NCBI GenBank assembly: GCA_910592345.1
Contig: CAJVPI010000305.1
Location: forward strand, 1-36,081
Reading direction: 5' to 3'
DNA length: 36,081 bases
Source: Paraglomus brasilianum
Taxonomy: Eukaryota
Position 1 is the first letter of the stretch; every line of letters starts with the position of its first letter. Below are positions 23,018 through 35,408 of this stretch, piece by piece. The position numbers and the translations under genes were made by a program. Under the pieces are notes generated by a model that was given only the letters and a program-made list of their open reading frames with translations, was not told where the DNA came from and did not search any database.

Positions 23018-24270
23018 TCAACAACTCTGCCGTCTCGAATTGCTCAAAAATCTCATCGCTGAACGTAGGTAGAACCTTATCATTAACGTAAGTAATTCAT
23101 TGTGCACTTCTTCCGATGTTGGCCTCTCTTCAGGTTTAACTGCCCAACAACGTGTCATGAGAAAGGCTGAATTCTTTATTGGTGGGAAGCCCCAAAATGT
23201 CCGTCTCGTATAAAACCAATATACTAAAAGAAGAGATAAACGAGAGGACAAAGTCCAAAGTCATCGAGGGGGGAATTTGTTTTTAAAGATCTTTGCAAGA
23301 AACTAAGAAAATAGTTTAAGCGAGACAAAATATACCATGAAAATATTAATAATATCAACATAGTGCCTTCCACAGGTTTGGGTCTCAAATTTTCAACAAT
23401 ATTCTCAACATCAATTCATCCTTGTCGCGTTCAGGAAAGGCTGGTAGTCCCGAAGAAAATTCCCACATGACTATGCCAAAGGCATATGTGTCGGATGCTG
23501 CTGACTTTGGTTGGCCTCGGAGTACTTCTGGTGTCATATATTGTATCACCCAACAACTTATCCTCTTTGTCATTAGAAGGACCAGACAGCCCAAAATCAG
23601 AAATGCACAATTCGTAATTCTGATGCTCGTCATAAGTCCACAATATATTTCCCTGTGAAAATCTTTGTGGACAAAACCTGCTTATGAATATTTTGTAAAT
23701 CCCTCATCACTGATGCCAGTTGCTCTAATCTATCACTTCATGGCGGATTTTCTTTCAATAGTTGTCTGAGGTCACCTCCTGACATGAACCGCATGACCAG
23801 TATGATCTGATCAGTCTTGGGATTTACTGGAAATCAGAACAATCGATTGTCATGTATTCACAGTCGAGGCCTGTTTGAAAAAATTATTATAGCATAACAT
23901 TAATCTTCTTCTTTTTTTAGAAAAAAACAACAATTCTCCATTAACTTACCTCATTTAAAAATTCTGTCGAAAGCCTTGTAGTCCCTCCACGCTTATAATA
24001 TCTAATGGAATCGCTGTTCCCAAGTAGCATTATAGACTATAGCAAATCCTCCCTTGGCTACGTACTCTACGTCTGTGAAATTTTCATTCCAGTATCTTCG
24101 GCTTCTTCTTGTGATTTCAAAATGAACTCGTCGATTTCAGGTCTTCCACTTGTCCAGGTTGATGCTGCTTGCTTAACAACTTCCTGGAAACAGTGCTTAC
24201 AAGTAATATGTGCGGAAGCCAAATCAGCTCCACACGGAGAGCAATGATGCGCTTTCCTGCAGTTATAATT
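23018..24270 (-). pseudogene. Tyrosine-kinase-like protein kinase pseudogene (WTSG-type)
   Basis: Pieces in shifting frames: CKHCF..WTSGRPEIDEFI, VAKGGFAIVYNATW, EFLNE|GT, LVMRFMSGGDL, GFVHKDFH, ISDFGLS, YMTPEVLRG, DTYAFGIVMWE, MTRCWAVKPEERPT; several stops and frameshifts, VALK lysine motif deleted. Confidence 0.9.
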
Positions 24271-25821
24271 TTAAAACCAATATTCGGAATCGTGGGAGTG
24301 GGATGAGATCAGGATCAGGATGTCACACCAATTGAAACCAGTAGAGTACACTCTTTATTACAGCCGTATTTTCTGATTAATGCATTATACTTAATATTAA
24401 CAAGACATTCGAGTGAATCATAGTAAGCTTAGATTTCTATTACTTAGAATAATTAGATTAAGTATGCTCAATAAATATTTATTTCAGCATAATAGTCTTA
24501 TTAGGAAGGGAAGGCTCGTATATTTTGAAAAGAAGTTTTTGTCCCAAAGAATCGACTTTTTTGTAAGCACGTATTTATTTTTACTATGCGAGAAGTGGAT
24601 CGTCAAAGTGATTCGATCGAGGGTAAAACTCGGACCCAACGAATAGGTTATGTTGAATTTGATATTAATATTAAAGTCTAGTTGACATAGTCTATTCGCA
24701 ATAATAACACAATCTTGCCGTTGTAATTACTTGTTGTTTCTGCAATAATAATGGAGATATTTAGAACAAACGATGAAATAATAGTTCAATTCAGATTATA
24801 AACAATGCTTATTTTCTCTACAAATTAATTGATAATCTTTTTTTTTTCGATAATAAAGATTCAATAAATTCACGCCAGCTGATCAAACTTTCTATAGAAC
24901 GTGCGCTTTTTATTTCCGGTACAATGTAACTCCAGATACAACACGGAGCTCGGTAAAGTTACTTGTGTGACATTTATGTGACATAAATAAATTAGCCCAA
25001 TTAAGGCTATCGTCTTTTCAGGTTAAATCACGCGTCGGTGTCGGTATTTTCAATATTTGGATCGTTCGAGTAACATCTACATAATTTTACGTTGTGACAC
25101 ATGAAATTTCTCTGGAGACTGTTTTCTACGCCAGAAAAATACTCGTACAGAAGTTAGCAAAATTGTGCAATTGAATGCATGACAAAATCTCATTGTAGAA
25201 TGCTTAAGCCGACCGCAAACAAATCAGCGGAAATTTTGCTGCTGAAAATTCGAACCAACAGCAGTGACTATAGGTCATACCTAATGCTTTTATACCAGCT
25301 GCGAGTGTCATTGTTGTTGTAGCTGCTTAAAACTCTTAAAATATAAAATTTAAAAATACTCAATTTCCGCATAATACTAAATTCTAACAAAATTAAACTT
25401 CCCTTGTCAAGCTCTATTTGGTGCGGCTAATTGTAAGGACATTACTATGCCTTTGTAGCGTGATAATAAAGAAACACACCATCGGCGTCGGCACGAAAAC
25501 GTCGCCGTTCGAATGATAAAAAAGGTAATCGAAAGATAACTAAAATCGGAAATTTTCAAAGTTGTTACGCGTCTGGCTGTCATACTGTATAAATTGTGAC
25601 GCTGTGATCTGCAAGAATTCTGGAGCAACGTTAGTATTAAGGATCAGATTCACCTTTTATTTTTCTGCGTTTAGGTTAGACAGTTGGTTGTGTAACATGT
25701 CCACGATAGAGATCACCGCCCGTATATTAATTATATCTGTATCCGTTACCATGCTGCTTCTGCAACCCACGAGGTTCCTCATAATAATAATTTTCTTGGC
25801 GACGGGTGCCTTTAAAACAAC

Positions 25822-28712
25822 ATGAATCCGGACGAGACAATATTGCCTCACAATAAAATTCTGGACATTGGAGGGAACGACATGGTTCCCAAGAATGTTT
25901 CAACTGTAGAGTTGTCTTTGACTCCAACACAATCTCTCGTCCCAACTGCGTTCCAAAAGTCAAGTCAGTTGTCCGCAACTGAATTATTCACCTCTTCAAC
26001 TTTGTTTGTTGATTCCCTCATGACGGACGCAACATCAGATCAGGTGTTGGCTGAGTTGGCCGTCGAACCCAAGCCCGTGGAAGTGAAAATAGACAAATTC
26101 GTGGAAGATGATACCCAACCTCAACGCTTTGAAGAAATATCTTTAGAAGACGACTCACATCGATCTCGAACTCCAGTATCCGACTCGGAAAGGAAGGATA
26201 AGAGAAAGCCTAAACCTTTCACGATTATAGTCAGTAAGGCTTCGCCTACATCATCTGCTCTTTCTTCTCCGTCTTCGTTGTCATTGAAAGTTTCAAACGA
26301 AGATTTGTCGTCGGAAGGCGAGGAGGATGCTTATGGAAATCAGTTGAATGGACAATCTTCTGGGCCTTTCTATTGTGTTCCCATAACACCAGCCGTGTCC
26401 CAGAAGAATCTTGCTGATACTACCAAAGCGCAAAGATCGTCGTCCGACGACAGCATGTTGCAAAGTCGCAATCAAGGGCTACCTACTGGGACTCGTTCGA
26501 GGTCTTTGACAATGCTGGATTCGTCGCGTCCAGATCATGAACACGAAATGACGCGAACGAATAGTCATAGCAGGTTAAAATTAATGATTATCTTAGCTGT
26601 AAATAATTCTTAATAGTGAGGTTGAAGTGGTGTTCACTGATTAATTTCTGACAAATGGGAATTAGATTTTTCTTATGGAGTACGACCAACGTTCATCCAC
26701 TAGATCTTTACATATCAAAAACTAGACCAAGGTATGGTATGTAACAAGCCGTTCTTTCGAATTTTGCTTTTCAACTTTTTATTCATTGTTCGTTTTTCAG
26801 AGACTTGCCACCGAAATCACCAGAAGAAGATGTAAGGATTATTTACACAACTCGTTTACGTTTGATGTCTAAGACTGGCAGCTAAAATCTACTTATTCAC
26901 TTTATAGAAAAAACATCTAAGAGAACACGAAATCATGATGCGAAAGGCACAACGAGCTGGTATGTTTGGTAACCGAATGTCATCGTTCAGCATTATCTCG
27001 GAAACTAATTAACAAATATTGTGATAGCGGCTAAGAAGGCCAGAAATGAGCAAAAAAAGAAAGAACAGCGTGATAAACAGTACAGAACCGAATTAAACAT
27101 ATGGGAAAATGAAATACTTCCTAATTGGCATCTTGCGTACGTATAATTTTTTATTAATAATTTACGTGACTATTGTATTGACCATTGTGTGGATTCGTGC
27201 AATAGACGGCATGAGAAGTCAACGCGGGAACTATGGTGGAAAGGACTTCCTCCTCGATGTAGAAGTAAGGTCTGTTGATCATATCGAATATGCAGCGTCC
27301 ACCTTATATATACTTGAGAATGATAACCGATTCGTTTATGATCCTCAATGCAGGTTTGGGGTCTTTGCATTGGAAATGCATTGGCTATAACACAAGGTAG
27401 TTATGTCTCTTTATTCATAAACTTATTTAAATCTTAAAAAGCACTGGCTAATAATTTATTTTTTGTTATTTCATACTTTTTAGCAACCTACGATATGTGT
27501 CTGGATAGGTATTGAATATCGTCATGTTACTTTTGCTCTGTTCAGCCACAAATCAGACGCCTTTTCATGATTGAATTTTGCATATAATAGGGCATTTGAA
27601 GTCAAAAGCGAATCAACTGATGGTTTGGGATCGCCCACTCGCGTGGATTCAGCCAATAAAATGGCTGAAATATTTGAAAACATTGAGAAGGATGTGCTAA
27701 CCACATTACCAGCACTTGGACTTTTCCAGGTTAGTAATATGGAGTGGTGGGTCGGGGCCGTGAATAGGAAGCAATGACAGATAGGTGACTTGATACAGTT
27801 GCATCAACTCTAATTGCATTATTTTTATAGGGAGAGAATCCATTGTGTGAGAGTCTAAGAAGTGTAATAGAAGCTTACGTCTTTTACTGGAAAGATCCTA
27901 AATATGTTGGTATTTTTATAATAAACTTGCGCATCAGTAATTTCCTACGAATTATTGTTAATAGGCCGCCATTTTTAGATATCTGGGATCAATAATATTG
28001 CCGCCATGTTTTTATTGAATATGGATGCGCTGTCATCTTTTGTTTACATGGTTAACCTTTCAAAGAGACCGTGCATCTCAGCGTTCTTTGGAATAGGCGA
28101 AAAGGTATGTTTTTGACAAGATTTAAAGTATGGACAATAATATATTATGTCTGCAACTAAAGATTTATCATGCCTGACAGATAAATTACTATCTCCGTGC
28201 CTTCTCGGCTTTATTTAAATCTTATAATCCCAAGGTAATGAAATTTAAAATTTATTGGTCGGTTTAGATGGAAATGGTTGATAATTGGCGGTACTCTTTT
28301 CAAGAGATGCACAATGTGTGATTCGTGAGTTTGCTTATTCATAACCAACTGACATAATTTTTCTTATTTTCAGCTATATGAACATTTCAAAACTCTCCAA
28401 CTGTACCCATCACTGTTCTTGTCTCGTTGGTTTACTACCATGTTTACATGTTTCTTGCCTTTAGACATTGCCAGTCATATCTGGGATTGTTACTTTCTTC
28501 ATGGGGAAGTTTTCTTGTTTAGAGCAGCCTTCGGAGTATTGTTTGCATTAGAACCGCAGTTATATGGTTCATTAGATGAGACTTTGAAAGTATTGACATC
28601 TGAACCATTAACGGGCGTGGGTATTGAAAAGGTGTTTGACTATATCGAGAAAGTTGAACTGAAAGAAGAGACCTACCAAAACCTAATAGTGAAAGAGATT
28701 TCTGGTAGTTGA
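25822..28712 (+). CDS. TBC/Rab-GAP domain protein, TBC1D12/TBC1D14-like
   Basis: 13 exons; Ser-rich disordered N-terminus, LPPKSPEEDKKHL, IWENEILPNW, RELWWKGLPPRCRSKVWGLCIGN, LPALGLFQ, WFTTMF..LPLDIASHIWDCYFLHGE. Confidence 0.88.
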
Positions 28713-28992
28713 TATGTTGCAGCATTTTAACTTTGCTTAGATGAGATACAACTAATCCTGTAAATTACTCTGAGATAATTGTATATTGACTTCACCCACG
28801 AGTACACTAGACTCTTTAGTTATAATATTGCTGACCCATGCTTTTTATGGGATCAAATACTTCAATAATATAATTTTTTTATTATCCACTTTAATTGATC
28901 TCGTGGTTCTTCCACGTAATTATGTTCCATTTTCAGATTTAGAAGATTCATCTTGGATATTACTATAAATTGACGAATGTAACGTGTTTAGC

Positions 28993-29795
28993 TTATGCAA
29001 AATTTGGTTTGTACGAATCATCCTCATCCTCATCACTAGGGCCTGCGCCATACTTAACGCGCTCAGGCCTGCCACGATGAGGTACCCTGCCGAGCCTGGA
29101 TAATGGCCATACGATATGCGTCACCTTTGCAGTTATCAGGCCAAGTGGAACCTGTCGCGTACAGTAAATGAAAAGGTTAGAAAATATTATCCGAGAATAA
29201 CCAAGATGATTATCTACTTACTGGTCCATAAATATTGCTATCTTTGCTATGGAAATTCTCATCACCCTCGATCCAGCAATGTCCTTTAGGGATTCTCACA
29301 ATCTCTTTGGGATGTGGTTTTAATGGGTAAACGTAGTCTCCTTCCACTGCAACTATCCTCTTGATAATTGTTCTGGTTGGATCAGTCGGCGACCTATGTG
29401 ATATAAGCGTTGTTTATAAAATCAAAAAATGAATTCTACTAAATAAATTTTCATGTGTATATGTATCATACCATAAAGTTACCACATCTCCTCTTTGATA
29501 TTGATGCCTTAAAGCCGCCAATCGGTTTAATAGAACAAGATCTCGGTTTAATTGGTTATTATCTGGATTGAGGGTGGGCTGTAACATTTGTCTTTTATTG
29601 TTAAGAATTTCTCTCTAAATATCGGACTGACAACTACGAATACCAAGGAGGAGGGAAAAGTCCACATACTTGCATCGACCTTCCCTCAACTAGTGCTACA
29701 TCATAAAAATGTTCTAGTAAGAAAACGAATACTGGCAGCCATGAAACTTTGCTTATTAAAGAGCGAGTGGCCAAACTGCCAAAACCTCTATTCAT
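28993..29795 (-). CDS. IMP2: Mitochondrial inner membrane protease subunit 2 (S26 peptidase)
   Basis: 4 exons; VEGRSMQPTLNPD (catalytic Ser), QRGDVV, IIKRI (catalytic Lys), IPKGHCWIEGD..FHSKDSNIYGPVPLGLI, IVWP. Confidence 0.92.
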
Positions 29796-29965
29796 GGTTC
29801 ATCCCATGTTGAATATATCTTCGGAATTTATCTGATAGAAATTAATGGCTAATTACTAATTTTGGAAAATTCTTCACTCCCAAATAACAAATTAAAATCT
29901 TCTTAGTATTCATCATTGAATGCAATCAGAGATGCCGGTTGATTCGCGTTCGTTTACTAGTAAGA

Positions 29966-30901
29966 ATGTCGGTTGAGCCAGACTCTTTACGGAAAATAGG
30001 ACGAGGCACATTTATCTCAGGTAAAGGGATGCCGTGATGTGCAGAAATAGCTCCACACCAATTAGAAGCAAGTTTATCTGTATCATCCATTGCTTTCTAA
30101 ACCATGTTAACAAACGAATGATTCGTAATTTCAGCCACAACTGGCGCACTCGTTGGGTCCGCTATTGCGCTTTTCAAACGTGGACCAGTGTTGAGTTATT
30201 CCCTGTCAACGAGTCTGAATTTTTCAATATTTGGGGCTTTATTCTTGAGTTAATCAGACTTTTTTTTTTTTCATTGGCTCGTCGTTTGCTTATGCCGCTC
30301 CTCAAGTCAAACTCATGCAAATATACTTGATCTGATAGGCATTCGAGAGACATTTCTCTTATCGCAAAGAAAGCATAATCCACAGCTTGGTTTAAATAAA
30401 AGTCAAACGCGCGATTACGATGAATTAATATCTAGTACATTGGCAGGCGGAATAACTGGTGGATTTCTGTCCAGTATCACGCGTAAGTAGGAACGATTTG
30501 TCAAAGTCTTTCTTTTCATTCACAGACGTAAATACTATTATGACTTCACTTTTCCAGGTGGACCAAAATATGCTTTACGTGGCACTATAGGCTTTTCGAT
30601 CATCAGTGGGTGTGGCCAATCGTTATACACATTTCTCTATAGATATCGCCAAAAACTCATTCTCGAGAGCATGTCATCAGGCAATCCAACACAACCAGAG
30701 CCGGAACATCAAGTTGGTGGTACTATAGTTGATCGAATGTTTGATCAGTTAAGCCGATTGAAATGGACTCCCGTCAGAAAACTGAGCGACGAGGAATATG
30801 AGGCTTTGTTAAGGAAAAAGTTAGAGAACATCGATAAGGAATTAGAAAGATATGAAATAAAGGAGAAGGTGACAGTGAAGGGAGAGGACATTAGAGAATA
30901 G
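29966..30901 (+). CDS. Conserved fungal Tim17/NDUFA11-like membrane protein
   Basis: 4 exons; four Gly-rich TM segments (ATTGALVGSAIA, NFSIFGALFLSIRE, STLAGGITGGFLS, GTIGFSIISGCGQ) and C-terminal WTPVRKLSDEEY coiled coil. Confidence 0.75.
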
Positions 30902-31087
30902 ATGCGAATTGTGACAAAATTTAATGTCAAGCACATATGTACGGTAAATGTTGATGTCGTTTTTCGCGTTTGCTCCATCAATTATCGTCTTTGTAAATTA
31001 CACTGTTGAAACTATAATAACACAACATCATTTTACTGCCAAGTCTTGTATAATTCGCAATTATTCAATTCCTTAATTTTCGTGAAT

Positions 31088-34000
31088 TCAAACGCCTGCC
31101 ATCTCCTAAAAGATTGTACGTAAATAACGTTAATACTCTCAAGTTTTATAAACAAAACATTCAGGGTCAACGTACCACATCCTGATGGGATGAGGACGAG
31201 GATTGCAAGAACTACAAAAATACAGAATGTATCAGTTTACTATATACATATCGAGGAGCGCTATAACAACTAAACATCGACTAATTACCTGTCTCGCTTC
31301 AATGATTGAAGTACTACTATCAACCGCTTCATCTGCGCTGATTAAGGAGATTTGTTCTTGAAGAATTTGATTCCAGAAATCTGTCCTTGGAGTTTCAGCA
31401 TTTAAACAGATATCCCGTAGTTCACGAAGGAAATTATTGAATGTATCGGATTCGTTTTCCTGTATCAACATGGCTCGACATTAAAGATTGGACATTCTTG
31501 GCAACTTGAATCTTAACTAACACTACTTACTTTCGTACAAGCATCTCGCAATACTTTAATACAGTTTAATGCCAACGCATGTTTCTCCGAATCGTCCCCA
31601 GAGATAAACTCTTTGATGACGGCACACATCTGTTCCACGGCTATTAATAAAGGGAGATTTATGAACCAGCTTCACTTTACGTCAAACCACCGATTTACAT
31701 ACTTTACCTGTAGTTACTAAATCTTCGGCCCTATAACCAATCATTGCCTGGAAATCCCTTATCGGATCTTCCCTTCCTACAGTAATCGAACTACTGCCTG
31801 ACCCTTCCTCCCGCCGCGTTCGTTTGGACGGCTCTTCACTTGCAAGGGCAAAGAGTTCATCAATATCGACTTCCTCCTCCTCTACTTCCTCGCTGCGATC
31901 TCGTCTACTTCTTTTTTGTTTCTCCTCACCTGGATTGTGAACACGAAACCCATGCCTCTATATAAGCATCTTCAAAAGGTATAAAAGCTGTCGACATCTA
32001 CTTACTTTTCGTTATATCACACAGTTCGGCTAGTTCATCTGCTAGAGATTGATTTCTACTAATCATGTCCGGTAATGGTTTTAGAAAAGAGAGTAACGAT
32101 TCGTCTGGAGGGGGCAATTCAGCACCCGGGTTTAATGCCCTATGGGTGACTGCTCTTTTGATTAAAACAGCTGTCGGCTTGAATTGCTTTTTCCGTAGAT
32201 ATTCCGTCGGTTCACTGAATGTCAAAATTCACGTCAGTTAGAGGTCTGATTAGAAAAAATTCCTTTTCGAGACAACTCGTTGAACTTGCCCATCTTCATC
32301 AGGAACATTCATAAGATCCATCTGCTCTATAAACTGCCGCATCTTCTCAGACAATTCGGGTGAGGGAAGTAAGGGGTGATCAGATCTAATTTCGCCCTTT
32401 TGACTCTGTACTCGATCGAGTGGAGGAAATTCGTAATAACGAAGGTCTTCATTAAACGGCAGCTGTAAGTAAATATGTCTCATGAGTCATCAGAGTATAG
32501 AATTGGTAATCCCAAGAAGGTAAAGATGAAGCTACCATGTAACCGTATATCAGTTCTCTTTCGGCTGTAATATGTGGGATTAATCCAAGCATTACCGGCG
32601 GGCCGCGAATCCTCTTGACAAATCTAGCCAGTCCTATTAAATTCTTTTCGTACATGGCGTGTGCAAGTGCAGAGAATCCAAGTGCTGATGCGTGATCATC
32701 TTTCTGAGGGACTATCGACAGCGTTTCATCCATAAACAAGTCTTTGTTTATCTATTCGCGCATTTCAAAAAAATAACGTTAGCAATACGCAGATACTCTT
32801 ATATCAGCGCTGGCGACGATTTATAGCCCCACCTCAGCAACTCTAACAAATCCAAGAATGTCTAAAGCCATATGCGTGTCTAGCTTAAATTGCTCTTCAT
32901 CAAAATTCTGAGCTGGTACCAACGTCGCTCCATAAGGATATGCTTTCATCAAATCTTCCTTGTCAACCTGAACTTCCACATCGTTTTCATCGTCCCACAC
33001 ACTATACGAGTAAGTTCGCAGAACCTCGTGCGTTTTCTGTCTGTCATCTTGTGCATTTTCAGCCAATACAGACCATTTCTTGAATGACGGGAGACTGGCT
33101 TTCTTTGTGCGAGCGTACATCATTACATTAACACCCAAAGCCGAATCGCCATACTCGTTTTTATTACCAATGGTGAGAGCTCCGCGAAATAATGGAGTTG
33201 GGCGGACTGGACGCACATACGGTTGGGAAATTTCCTCCAAGGCGCTGTCCATCGGGGTGATATAACTGCTTCCAGGAGCTCGACTGACGAGATCACGGAA
33301 CAAATCTTCGTTTGCAAGCTATATCGATCGTTAATTAAACTATTAGTATTAGAGATGGTAAAAGCTAATCCGAGCTTTTGACATACTTTTGTCAGTGATT
33401 TGCTTGGATCGTTTGTATCCTCATCAGGATCACTAAATCCGACACCTCTTTTTGACAAAGAATTAATTATTGTTAGACGTTCCTGAAGGTTTGTAGTCAC
33501 GTTAATCATATCTTATGCAAAGAAAGACATACTAACAGAACAAAAATCTCAATTCCATTATTTCTTAGTTCATCAACTATTTGCTGTAGTCGTGTGCTGG
33601 ACATTGGAGATTCTCCATCCGTCATGAGAAAAATTTTTTTCTCGTACTTTAGATGTCTGCAATGTGTTCTAATTATCTCGATCGCTGCAGATACTCCATC
33701 AAGACCTATAAAAACCAATACATTCAAAATCAGTAAAAAGTTCAGCAACTAGTTCGAAACATATACGTATAAAAACATACAATTCCCAGGCGTGTTTCCT
33801 TGCGGAAGTTGATGCTGCACTGTGCGGAGTAGATCCAATGTCGGCATTTCCAACCCAGTTATGACTTTGATATGTTCATAATCCTCATCAAAGTCTTCAA
33901 TCGGCCCGTAATCAGTGTCTAGAGTAACAACATGCGGGTTACGAAAAGTTTCTCCTGTTCGACGGCTTCCCAGGTTGACCTATCAACGGTAAACTTACCA

Positions 34001-34351
34001 TCTGTCCCAACAGCTAAAACTGATGTGATATCTGTTTTAGCATTCGCTAATAGCTACGGCAAAGATTTATCCACAGTAGAATTAATGTTAATCCACGAAA
34101 ACAATGCAACCGATCTGTAGAAAATGTATCAAGTAGATGAATTACTTTCACATCAAGCAATCCGACAACAGCCTTCTTTGCTGATTCAATTGGAGGCGAT
34201 TCATCAGCGGTCGGCGCTTGCCACATTGACGGTGAGACATCAATGACATAGGCTGTAGCTTTTTTTGACTAATGGATTCAAAACTTTGTTATATGCATCG
34301 CAAATTATCTATCTTGTTAATGTCAAAGGCTAGTAGTTCTTTACACACCAT
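31088..34351 (-). CDS. KU80: Ku80 DNA end-binding subunit (NHEJ)
   Basis: About 15 exons; vWA (AYVIDVSPSM, AVGTD, KIFLMTDGESP), beta-barrel (KAYPYGATLVP, LDILGFV, LPFNEDLRYYEFPPL), HRALNP, C-terminal DPIRDF domain. Confidence 0.93.
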
Positions 34352-34904
34352 AGTATTCTGGAAAATTCGGCGCGAGAAATCAAGTTATGTTCCAAAAACC
34401 TAACCGCGTATATATCATATTTATCTCCAAAACATAACTGCGGCTTAATTTCTTTAATGTCGAATGGCGTAGCCGGAATTGTCTAAAAAGCACAGACGTT
34501 TACTATATCGAGAAGCTACAGGTCTTAGTCATGTGTTCACAGTTTCAAAAACTCGATAAATAAAGTCACTAATGCTCTCATATAAATAAATAAATTTTTA
34601 TAATGAACCTCGACAAACTGTAATAGTAATATTCTCACGCTTTTTTTGACAAATTAAAATTGTCGTACAGGCAAATTTCCTAGTAATAAGTAAGATAATA
34701 ATAATAACTCTACACGAGGTTTTCAGCGTCATTCCCCAAAATCAAAAGACAACACCCAACGAATTCGAATTGTTAAAGATGCAATAAACTCTTATACTTT
34801 TCGTACAAGACATATCACTGTCACAAAGTTACAAAATAATGTATTTCAACCATTGCTACTTACATAGTAGGGATGGTTGTAAATGTTCATAATAATAACT
34901 ACAT

Positions 34905-34956
34905 TACAGTCATCCCTCGTTTATATCCCCACTTTGGAGCGGGGATATTAATTGAG
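34905..34956. mobile_element. Solo pogo/Tigger-like terminal inverted repeat
   Basis: TA followed by CAGTCATCCCTCGTTTATATCCCC with internal palindrome ATATCCCC..GGGGATAT; no partner end seen. Confidence 0.4.
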
Positions 34957-35408
34957 TAACACAAGAAATTTATTGGTTAATAAATTCTGACTCGTACCCC
35001 ATATACAGTAAATCGGGTTGAAGGTCCTTCTTAAAAGGATATAGGGAAAAGGTTCATTGAATTTCCGTTTGGCGTTACATCATGAATACATACGTAAGAA
35101 AGCAAATTTGTTGATTTGCCGAAAATCTGAGCCTTGTATATCATAATCATGAATAGTTCTCTTCTTTATCTGCTAATTGTTTCTTTAACTTTGCGTTTCT
35201 TCTAATAATTCTTTATTTCTCTGTTTGAGTTCTGTTATTATTATGTCTACCATGCTCTTCTTTTTTATTTTATTTATTCTGTCTGTATACTTATTTTTAT
35301 GAGGGTATATAAAGTATATAATTATTTTAAGCTTTAAAAATTAAAAACGGGAAAAGTTAATGAGATTTATTGAAAAATTAGACGGAGAACTTAATGATGG
35401 CAAGGGAA

